A DNA stretch of 64,000 nt from Bacteroidales bacterium (lineage in GTDB: Bacteria > Bacteroidota > Bacteroidia > Bacteroidales > WCHB1-69): contig JAKSMI010000002.1 in assembly GCA_024400635.1 (NCBI GenBank), positions 120,305 to 184,304 on the forward strand. Direction: 5' to 3'. The position numbers were made by a program, and so were the translations under genes. Within the stretch, counting starts at the first letter, position 1. Each line of letters begins with the position of its first letter. This document shows, in pieces, positions 37,100 through 44,173 of the stretch. The notes under the pieces were generated by a model. It saw nothing but the letters and a program-made list of their open reading frames with translations, was not told where the DNA came from and made no database searches.

Positions 37100-37612
37100 T
37101 CAATTTTTCTTTTGGTTTTTCTCGTTTGGAATGATTATTCGCTCAATATCATTTACAATTTGATTCCATCCTTGACTATTTTGTTCCTCAAAGGTGGTCA
37201 TGATGTCAATGAAGTTAAAAGAGACGATCGGCTGCTGTTTCAGCCACTTGATGGTTTTATATGATTCCGGCACGAAAACATTCGGTGCCAATTCGCAACT
37301 GTAACGATGCCCCCACAGACAAATCACAGACGTGGGAATGCGTGCAGCAAGATGATACTCTATTCTTCCCTTCAAATCTTCGTTTGTATCTTCGAATGGG
37401 TCCATTCAGGCCACAAAACAGCAGAGGGTCTTTTTTTCGTCAATGCTTGTCTCAATCTTGTCCCATCTTTCACTGGAGCAGCATTCGAACGCCTCGCTTT
37501 CTGCGCTTCTTGACATTATGTATTCCATTATCTCCACCGCTTTTGCTCCCAACGGGACAACGATGACTTTTTCAAAATGTGTGTTGGGGTTGTTAATAAT
37601 ATTCTTGATCAT
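37100..37612 (-). pseudogene. Hypothetical gene interrupted by an in-frame TGA that directly abuts an ATG (68-aa and 101-aa ORFs)
   Basis: ORFs 37406-37612 and 37100-37405 share one frame. They are separated only by TGA (37406-37408), which is followed directly by ATG (37403-37405). Both halves weakly resemble successive parts of the 186-aa protein at 39049-39609. Confidence 0.45.
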
Positions 37613-37730
37613 AACGTTTATATTGTTTTGGAACTAGTAGAATCAACCTCTGTCCGATTTTGATGCGGCAAAAACAGCGCATAGCTGTGCAAAAACGTAG
37701 CGCTGTAGGGTTGTCGCAATTCGGCACCCC

Positions 37731-38225
37731 TCACAATAACCGCATCGCAATCCTCGCACACGCCTCCGCGTCGGCGAGGGCGTGGTGGTGATGCTCCAGA
37801 TGATAGCCGCAGGCTGCCGCTACGGTGTGCAGTTGGTGGTCGGGGAGCTGTTGCCCGAAATGATGACGGGAGGCGCTGCAGGTGCAGTGAAATTCGTAAT
37901 CGGGATAGTCCATCTGATAGACTCGGAACACCGCCCGCAGACAGCTTTCGTCAAACGGGCTGTTGTGTGCCACTAAAGGCAATCTCTCAATCAGTGGCTC
38001 AATTTGTTGCCACACTCCTGGGAACACTGGCGCGTTGTCTGTGTCCTCGTGTGTGAGACCATGAACCTCCTGACAGAACCAGACATAGTAGTCGGGCTCA
38101 GGCTTGATGAGACTGTAAAACGTGTTGGCGATGAGACCGTTGCGCACAATCACCACGCCCACGCTGCATACGCTGCTGCGCTGTCCGTTGGCGGTTTCAA
38201 AATCAATGGCGGCGAAATCTTGCAT
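37731..38225 (-). CDS. DEDDh 3'-5' exonuclease (DnaQ/epsilon-like)
   Basis: ExoI AIDFETAN, ExoII HNSPFDESCL and ExoIII HHALADAEACARI motifs. I start at the ATG at 38225. The gene is visibly GC-rich. Confidence 0.85.
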   Translation of the reverse strand: MQDFAAIDFETANGQRSSVCSVGVVIVRNGLIANTFYSLIKPEPDYYVWFCQEVHGLTHEDTDNAPVFPGVWQQIEPLIERLPLVAHNSPFDESCLRAVFRVYQMDYPDYEFHCTCSASRHHFGQQLPDHQLHTVAAACGYHLEHHHHALADAEACARIAMRLL

Positions 38226-38272
38226 GATTGAACATTCTTTGGGTGTATTATAATGATTGCTTTCTTCCACGC

Positions 38273-38974
38273 TCAATCCAAACTTATCAGCTGATCCATA
38301 AACGCTTCTTGGCAGATATGATAGGTGGTCATACGCATGATGTCAGGAATGCTGAAGCACTGACTGTTACAAAGTTCACAGAAAGAGTAGCAAAACGAGA
38401 TTTCATAGGGCAGCGCGAGGTCTATTTCACACGACTCCTTAAGGGGCAAGCCGTTGTGGTAGGAGTCGTAAAAGTCTCCGCTGCAATAATATAAGCTGTC
38501 GGTCATTTCTATGCTATGTATTGTGTCGAGAATCTCTATGATGTCGTTCCATTGCGAACCGTAGAAACCGTCGTCTTCCCTGATGACAAGTTGCGGATTC
38601 TGATTGTCATGGAAGTAAGTCAAACTGGTGTTTAACTTGTAATCTGGGTGGATGGTTATCAGCTGTTGGTGTCTTTGTTTATGGACTTCCAAAACCTTTG
38701 CTTCCATCTGTACAAGCCGCCTGTTGGTCATTTCCAAATCCCGGATGTTGGCCTCTGAATAGCTCAATTCAAACATGCGATTCAGCAGCGCACAACGTAT
38801 CTCGGCTTTTGTCAATATTCTGTCCTGATTGCTGATGATGAACACCTCCTTGTCATTCTCATCGTAAGAGAGCCTCATAATCTCACTTTCACATTGTCTT
38901 ACATACCGCCGCAGATAGTCTGTGTCAGTTTGCTCTTGTATCTTAATGATTTCTAGATTGTTTTGATTAGTCAT
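38273..38974 (-). CDS. Hypothetical protein (233 aa)
   Basis: A long ORF in the operon with no domain recognised. Confidence 0.5.
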   Translation of the reverse strand: MTNQNNLEIIKIQEQTDTDYLRRYVRQCESEIMRLSYDENDKEVFIISNQDRILTKAEIRCALLNRMFELSYSEANIRDLEMTNRRLVQMEAKVLEVHKQRHQQLITIHPDYKLNTSLTYFHDNQNPQLVIREDDGFYGSQWNDIIEILDTIHSIEMTDSLYYCSGDFYDSYHNGLPLKESCEIDLALPYEISFCYSFCELCNSQCFSIPDIMRMTTYHICQEAFMDQLISLD

Positions 38975-39013
38975 ATTAATAATTTGAATTACACTGGCAA
39001 AAATGGAATGTAT

Positions 39014-39032
39014 GTGTGCTAAAATGTGGCAC
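39014..39032. promoter_or_regulatory. Palindromic operator-like site TGTGCtA-N5-TGGCACA
   Basis: Inverted repeat in the 74-nt gap upstream of the gene starting at 38974. It has the same half-sites and spacing as the site at 39652-39670. Confidence 0.4.
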
Positions 39033-39048
39033 AGTAAACTGCTGGCTA

Positions 39049-39609
39049 TTAGCTATTAGCCGTTGGTTCTCTATTCTTTGGTTTCCTCCCCACAATCATC
39101 TCCGCAACTCTTAGTTCCATGCTTGCCAAAAAGTCCACCAATGGCATATTGCCATAAGCTTTAGATAGTTCTTCCTGCATGTCAATCACGTGGATGTCAT
39201 CCACGCCCAAGAAACGGCGGTCGAGGGGACGGTCGTACAGTTTGGAGGCGAATCGTGGCGGCAAGAGGTAGATGAGATGTCGCTTGATGTTGGCGTGATG
39301 CGCTTTGCACCATAAGAGGTTAACCCCTATGGCTGCAATTTGCAGCTCCGTGTTCGAGCAACCGTGATTTACATTCGGATTCGGGTGAGGCTTGGGTACC
39401 ATGTTCGAGGGCGAGTCCCACACGAGGAGCCACACCTCCACGGACGGGTCGTATAGTCCATCCTCCGCACAATAGAGGTTCTCCCTGACAAAATTTTCAC
39501 TTTCCATCCATTCGTATGCGTATGAGGAGGGCAGGTGCTGCATAATACCCTCTTTGCACTGCACGGCGTTGTAGCCCACAGGAATAATGATGTGTTTCGT
39601 TCTATCCAT
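39049..39609 (-). CDS. Hypothetical protein (186 aa), first gene of the minus-strand operon
   Basis: An ORF with no domain recognised. It shows weak similarity to the split gene at 37100-37612 (HIIIPVGYNAVQCKEGIM vs KVIVVPLGAKAVEIMEYIM; LLWCKAHH vs ICLWGHRY). Confidence 0.5.
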   Translation of the reverse strand: MDRTKHIIIPVGYNAVQCKEGIMQHLPSSYAYEWMESENFVRENLYCAEDGLYDPSVEVWLLVWDSPSNMVPKPHPNPNVNHGCSNTELQIAAIGVNLLWCKAHHANIKRHLIYLLPPRFASKLYDRPLDRRFLGVDDIHVIDMQEELSKAYGNMPLVDFLASMELRVAEMIVGRKPKNREPTANS

Positions 39610-39651
39610 TTTCTTTAATGTTTAAATACGCTGACAAAAATAGAACATCGC

Positions 39652-39670
39652 TGTGCCATATTTTGGCACA
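39652..39670. promoter_or_regulatory. Perfect palindromic operator-like site TGTGCCA-N5-TGGCACA in the divergent promoter region
   Basis: A perfect 7-bp inverted repeat in the 100-nt gap between the divergent operons (39609 minus, 39710 plus). It sits 10 nt upstream of the TAttTTTG box at 39680. Confidence 0.45.
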
Positions 39671-39679
39671 CAATCATTC

Positions 39680-39687
39680 TATTTTTG
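39680..39687 (+). promoter_or_regulatory. Bacteroidota -7 promoter box (TAttTTTG) upstream of the AAA+ ATPase operon
   Basis: TATTTTTG lies 23 nt upstream of the ATG at 39710. Confidence 0.45.
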
Positions 39688-39709
39688 CAACGTTCAAAAT
39701 TATAATGCT

Positions 39710-41440
39710 ATGAAAAAAGAAAACATTTTGCAGACATTGAGTTTTCTGGCGCTGAAAATGGAAAACTCCGGAACTGCCTTGTTAGAGGCAATTGCGCCTG
39801 ATTCTATTGCACATTTAGACTACACATTTACACGGCAGAACGAATCCACCATTCATAAAGAGTTTAGCAAAACAGAGATATGTGAGATTGTTAAAAAGTT
39901 GGAGGATGTCGCCAAATTCCTCGGTATCTCAACCATTCAGGCTGTTATTATGATGGTTGCCTTCTGCAATAAATTCCAAGACAATTATATAGATTGGAAC
40001 GATGTCCACAAATTTTTCAATGTAAAGAGTATGGTGCTGCTTCCTTTGAAAAAAGAATTTGACCGTCTGGTATCTGGTAAATTCCTAAAACGAGCTGGTA
40101 AAAGACATTCTGAATATTATGATATTGAGCAAAAAGTGGTGGACTCCGTAATGAATGAACATCCATTTGACCCTTGTATATTGAAAGAAGCACGTCTCGA
40201 TCGATATAAATTTGTCAACGAAATTTCCGATTTGATCGAGCTACGTAGTGATGACGAGATATCCACCTCCGATCTTTTTGAACGTTCATATGAGATGGAA
40301 CAACAGAACAATACTCTTACTTTTGTTCAGAATGTCAAGAAATTGAATCTTGAGACTAAAGACAGAGTCTTATTCTATGAGATTTGCGACGATTTTCTTG
40401 CTCATGGTGAAACGGGAATCAATTGTACGCTGAAGGACATGTATAGTAATCCTAGCACTCGTTTTCGAATTGCAAAGGAGTTGATGGACGAAAAGCAGAT
40501 TCTGCAAAAGTTAGATTTAGTGATCCTCCTTCGTGACACAATTTTCTCTGATAGTAATTTGACCCTGACCGAAAAAGGGAAACAACTCTTTTTAGAGGAA
40601 GATTTCGAGCTTTTTGCCAAATCCAAAAATCGAGACCATAAAACAATATACCCCGAAGACATTCAAGAAAAGTCCTTGTTTTATGATGAAGAACTCTCGC
40701 GACAGCTAAATCTGCTGAAAGAAAATCTCCAAGAAGAGCGTTTCACAGAGCTGCAAAAACGATTGGAAGAACAGTCGCTACCTAAGGGGGTTGCTGCCAT
40801 CTTCCATGGGCAACCTGGCACAGGGAAAACCGAAACTGCGATGCAAATTGCCAAAGCTACAGGTCGTGCAGTGTGTCACGTGGACATTGCAAGTTCCAAA
40901 AGTTGCTGGTTTGGTGAAAGCGAAAAACTTATTAAGCGTATATTTACCGATTATGCTGGACTGTGCAAAAAATCCCCTCTTAAGCCGATTCTACTTTTCA
41001 ACGAAGCAGACGCTCTCTTTTCCAAACGCAAGGATAGCATTTCATCAAACGTGGCGCAAACAGAGAATGCCATCCAAAACATTATCCTTGAAGAAATGGA
41101 AAAACTGGATGGAATACTCATAGCTACCACCAATCTCATAGATAACTTGGACAGAGCTTTTGAACGACGTTTTCTATTCAAAATCCATTTCAACAATCCC
41201 ACGGTGGAAGCAAAACAATCTATCTGGAAGAGCAAACTCTCTTGGTTGTCTGAAAACGAAAGTCGCATACTCGCAGAACGCTACAATTTCTCAGGCGGCG
41301 AAATCGACAACATCGTCCGCAAGGTTATTATGGATGAGGTACTCAACGGAATACACCCTGACATGCAATTCGTTGAAGAACTATGTCGCTATGAAAAGAT
41401 TGGCAACAAGGAGACGAGCTTTATTGGGTTTAGAAAATGA
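39710..41440 (+). CDS. AAA+ ATPase (classical AAA module at the C-terminus, ~350-aa unknown N-terminal region)
   Basis: Walker A GQPGTGKT, Walker B ILLFNEADALF, sensor-1 ATTN and an arginine-finger region ERRF. I start at the ATG at 39710. Confidence 0.8.
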   Translation: MKKENILQTLSFLALKMENSGTALLEAIAPDSIAHLDYTFTRQNESTIHKEFSKTEICEIVKKLEDVAKFLGISTIQAVIMMVAFCNKFQDNYIDWNDVHKFFNVKSMVLLPLKKEFDRLVSGKFLKRAGKRHSEYYDIEQKVVDSVMNEHPFDPCILKEARLDRYKFVNEISDLIELRSDDEISTSDLFERSYEMEQQNNTLTFVQNVKKLNLETKDRVLFYEICDDFLAHGETGINCTLKDMYSNPSTRFRIAKELMDEKQILQKLDLVILLRDTIFSDSNLTLTEKGKQLFLEEDFELFAKSKNRDHKTIYPEDIQEKSLFYDEELSRQLNLLKENLQEERFTELQKRLEEQSLPKGVAAIFHGQPGTGKTETAMQIAKATGRAVCHVDIASSKSCWFGESEKLIKRIFTDYAGLCKKSPLKPILLFNEADALFSKRKDSISSNVAQTENAIQNIILEEMEKLDGILIATTNLIDNLDRAFERRFLFKIHFNNPTVEAKQSIWKSKLSWLSENESRILAERYNFSGGEIDNIVRKVIMDEVLNGIHPDMQFVEELCRYEKIGNKETSFIGFRK

Positions 41441-41517
41441 GTGTCTAATAATTCGCATAGGTCGCACCATTTTCTATCTAATACGTGCGCTGTTTTACCA
41501 TATTAAGACATGCCGTT

Positions 41518-42147
41518 ATGTTAAAATTTTTACGGGAAACACTTTCTATCGGGGACTTTGTGGAGGTAGAAACTTCCACAGGATTAGTGCGTGGCTCCAT
41601 CTTGGAAATACCACCTGATTGTTTGGTGATGCTAACTGATGGCGAACTGCACGAATATTCAGAGGAGCAGTTGTTGAGTATCAAATACTTTTCCGATGAT
41701 CACGATGCCTATCGGGATTGTTATATCCAAAAGTTTATACCAGAAGAAAAGAGTGAGAGATATTTTTGGGCAGAAAACCACAATGGATCGTTGTGTTGCA
41801 CGAATTTCGACAACATCATCACAATTTTTATGGGCTGGAATATGCGTTTCCAACGCGGTCATCTTGACTTGCCCGACTTGATTGATGTGGAGGACGAATA
41901 CTATAATATAGAAGTCTTGAGCAATGATTGTGATGATTGTTTTTCAGACTATATCACTTCCGTCAAGTTACCGAAACATTTGAAGAGTATTGAGCTACTA
42001 TTCATAGGAAGAATCTTCCTCCAGAAAATATATGTTCCCGATACTTTAGTTTATTCGGGAGGGTACAAAATAGGCGGTTGCACCACATGTCAAGTTTTCG
42101 ACATGAATGGAAAACTTTTGGATTGGGAGTTTGAAGAGGATTGGTAA
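41518..42147 (+). CDS. Hypothetical protein (209 aa)
   Basis: An ORF following the ATPase gene with no domain recognised. The start is taken at the ATG at 41518 (MLKFLRETL). Confidence 0.5.
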   Translation: MLKFLRETLSIGDFVEVETSTGLVRGSILEIPPDCLVMLTDGELHEYSEEQLLSIKYFSDDHDAYRDCYIQKFIPEEKSERYFWAENHNGSLCCTNFDNIITIFMGWNMRFQRGHLDLPDLIDVEDEYYNIEVLSNDCDDCFSDYITSVKLPKHLKSIELLFIGRIFLQKIYVPDTLVYSGGYKIGGCTTCQVFDMNGKLLDWEFEEDW

Positions 42148-42177
42148 ACAGTGCCGCACTTTTGCACACTCCCGATA

Positions 42178-42185
42178 TATTTTTG
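42178..42185 (+). promoter_or_regulatory. Bacteroidota -7 promoter box (TAttTTTG) upstream of leader copy A
   Basis: TATTTTTG lies 19 nt upstream of the conserved leader element. Confidence 0.4.
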
Positions 42186-42203
42186 CCGCAGGTTCCATAC
42201 CAT

Positions 42204-42273
42204 ACGCCCTCGCCGAAAAGCGTTCAATAGAGTAGGCATTTTTAAAAGTTGTGCCCGACACGTACTAGGGAGA
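42204..42273 (+). repeat. Conserved leader element, copy A (upstream of the 79-aa ORF)
   Basis: ACGCCC..GCCGAAAAGCGTTCAATAGAGTAGGCA - variable spacer - AGTTGtGCCCGACACGTAcTAGGGA. It ends 0-5 nt before an ATG. Its counterpart lies at 43647-43720. Confidence 0.8.
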
Positions 42274-42513
42274 ATGATTATGCCGCAAATGATAGTCTAT
42301 AATGGGGAACTGATACGTATTAGCCCCAAAAACAAGAGAAAAATAGAGGTGTCTACTAATCATGGTGGATCATGGATGACCCGCTGTGTTGGATCTGCCA
42401 GCACTGGAGAATTCCTTGATTTGGTAAACAATGGATCTGAGATAATTGCCACCACCGAAAAAGGGCTGTTCGTCTCTTCCAACAACGGAGGATCTTGGAT
42501 AAGAAGAAGTTAA
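42274..42513 (+). CDS. Small protein with two degenerate BNR/Asp-box-like motifs (STNHGGSW, SSNNGGSW)
   Basis: A 79-aa ORF starting right after leader copy A. The S-x-N-x-G-G-S-W motif occurs twice. Confidence 0.5.
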   Translation: MIMPQMIVYNGELIRISPKNKRKIEVSTNHGGSWMTRCVGSASTGEFLDLVNNGSEIIATTEKGLFVSSNNGGSWIRRS

Positions 42514-42539
42514 CAATTATCCCTAAAAAATATACCACT

Positions 42540-42818
42540 ATGAGAAATTTAAAAAACAACATGCTGGCACTGATACTTGTGATTTGCAATTTTGCTGTCT
42601 ATGCAGAAACTGCTTCGGAAGCTGCCAACCCTTCAGAATCCAACATTTTCATTGAGATCTTGGTTTACGCTTTGATTTTCGGAATCCCATTGTTGGTGAT
42701 TATCCGAAAAATTAGGCGAAAAATCAGGAACTTCAAGGAGGATGTAAAAAGTGGCGGTTTCGGAGAAGCAACCATGAGCCGTTTGGAAGACCATTTCGAC
42801 AGAAAGAACAAGAAATAG
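42540..42818 (+). CDS. Small secreted/membrane protein (signal peptide + one TM + basic tail)
   Basis: MRNLKNNMLALILVICNFAVYA signal, a TM helix (IFIEILVYALIFGIPLLVII), and then RKIRRKIRNFK. Confidence 0.5.
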   Translation: MRNLKNNMLALILVICNFAVYAETASEAANPSESNIFIEILVYALIFGIPLLVIIRKIRRKIRNFKEDVKSGGFGEATMSRLEDHFDRKNKK

Positions 42819-42838
42819 TAGACTAAACGCTTCTCGTC

Positions 42839-43678
42839 ATGAATCTTAAATTCTTTTTCAGTTCCATTGTTTCGAACCGCTATTTTGAGTGGACGATAAC
42901 GATTGTTATTCTCGTGAACGCGGTACTTATCGGTATCGAACTAAATGTTTGTGATCCCACCATCGAACTGATACAGAGGATTATTTTGCTGATTTTTACC
43001 GTGGAAATCCTGATGCGATTCATGGCGAGAGAAAATGTGAGGGAGTTTTTCTCTAACGGTTGGAACATCTTCGACCTCGCTCTTGTGTTGATTGGTTATA
43101 TTCCAGAGGATCTTTTTGCCAATGCTTCCGCCATGATGGCTATTAGGGTGCTCCGTGTATTGCGCGTACTTCGATTGCTCAGGGCTGGAAAAGAAATCAA
43201 ACTTATCACTACTGTGCTTACCAAATCGATGGTTTCAATGGTGTGGTACGTCATCCTGTTTGCGATTTTCATTTACCTGTTTGCTATAATAGGGGTAAGC
43301 ATGTTCAAGTTGCCCGACCCCGAAAAGCTAACGCAAGAAGACCGCTCAAGATACGAACAGTTTATGCGTGAAGTTCACAACGCCCCCGACAACTCTCCTG
43401 ACCCGTTCGGGTCGTTGTCGGAAGCAATGTTTACTCTATTTCGCGAGCTAACAGGCGAGGATTGGACAGACCTGCGTTACAACACTATCTCCGCCTACGA
43501 GTACGGCGTTATCCGAGTGAATCCTGTGGTCATCACGACCTACCACATACTTTGGTTTTCGCTGTCAGTCTTCCTGTTGCTGAACTTAGTTACAGGATCA
43601 ATCATCAATAACTATCAAAACATAAAGGAAGAGCAAAATAGTCAAAACGCCCCAGCCGAAAAGCGTTCAATAGAGTAG
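42839..43678 (+). CDS. Six-TM voltage-gated-type cation channel (BacNav/ion_trans family) with a TGEDW selectivity-filter motif
   Basis: S1-S6 can be laid out by eye. S4 is RVLRVLRVLRLLR, with Arg at every third position. The pore helix and filter read AMFTLFRELTGEDWTDLRY. Confidence 0.82.
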   Translation: MNLKFFFSSIVSNRYFEWTITIVILVNAVLIGIELNVCDPTIELIQRIILLIFTVEILMRFMARENVREFFSNGWNIFDLALVLIGYIPEDLFANASAMMAIRVLRVLRVLRLLRAGKEIKLITTVLTKSMVSMVWYVILFAIFIYLFAIIGVSMFKLPDPEKLTQEDRSRYEQFMREVHNAPDNSPDPFGSLSEAMFTLFRELTGEDWTDLRYNTISAYEYGVIRVNPVVITTYHILWFSLSVFLLLNLVTGSIINNYQNIKEEQNSQNAPAEKRSIE

Positions 43679-43720
43679 GCAAAAAATTCTAGCAGTTGCG
43701 CCCGACACGTATTAGGGAAA
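43647..43720 (+). repeat. Conserved leader element, copy B (overlaps the channel gene 3' end, upstream of the 73-aa ORF)
   Basis: Same blocks as copy A: a 27-nt identical core GCCGAAAAGCGTTCAATAGAGTAGGCA, then AGTTGcGCCCGACACGTAtTAGGGA. Confidence 0.8.
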
Positions 43721-43725
43721 CGAAA

Positions 43726-43947
43726 ATGAGTAAGGTTTATAGAATCACACCGAAAGCTATTCACAGAACAAACAACACCGTTCTGACTCCTGAGATGGAA
43801 ATCATCGTGACTTTAGAGCGTCACACATCCGATCCATTCTACAATGGTGCAAAAGAAATCAAAGCCATGTATATGGACAGATATGGTTTTGATTATGAGC
43901 GGGCGAATGCTACAAAAGCTTGGTTTGATTATGAGAGATTAGACTAA
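43726..43947 (+). CDS. Small soluble hypothetical protein (73 aa)
   Basis: An ORF starting 5 nt after leader copy B (MSKVYRITPKAIHRTNNTVLTPEMEIIVT...). It resembles small proteins I recall from Bacteroidota mobile elements, but I cannot name a family with certainty. Confidence 0.5.
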   Translation: MSKVYRITPKAIHRTNNTVLTPEMEIIVTLERHTSDPFYNGAKEIKAMYMDRYGFDYERANATKAWFDYERLD

Positions 43948-43971
43948 CCATTTGTTAAACACAAATACTAC

Positions 43972-44003
43972 ATGACGGGCAGGATTTTACTCCTGCCCGT
44001 CAT
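43972..44003. terminator. Perfect 13-bp hairpin between convergent genes (probable terminator, no clear U-tract)
   Basis: ATGACGGGCAGGA-ttttac-TCCTGCCCGTCAT. Confidence 0.5.
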
Positions 44004-44093
44004 ATTGAAAAACCTTTCTTGGTATACTTTTCTATAACATTTACACCAAAGAAGCCATATACCAATCTTATTGATTATCAACAATTCACAAAC

Positions 44094-44173
44094 AAAGTTC
44101 TCTTAAAGTTCTCTTAAAGTTCTCTTAAAGTTCTCTTAAAGTTCTCTTGAAACTCCCCTACTTTAAGAGAACT
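44094..44173. repeat. Iteron-like array: five tandem 11-bp repeats (AAAGTTCTCTT) plus one inverted copy
   Basis: Five perfect head-to-tail units span 44094-44148. The inverted copy TTAAGAGAACT at 44163-44173 overlaps the stop codon of the minus-strand gene. Confidence 0.9.

Noticed and set aside
37403-37408. Selenocysteine recoding at the in-frame TGA
   Set aside because: I found no SECIS-like hairpin immediately downstream, and no Cys-aligned position in the paralogue. A nonsense mutation or termination-reinitiation is more economical.
39660-39690. Sigma-54 promoter (TGGCAC ... TTGCA)
   Set aside because: TGGCAC is followed by TTGC only after about 15 nt instead of the required 5 nt. TGGCACA is better explained as the right arm of the TGTGCCA-N5-TGGCACA palindrome.
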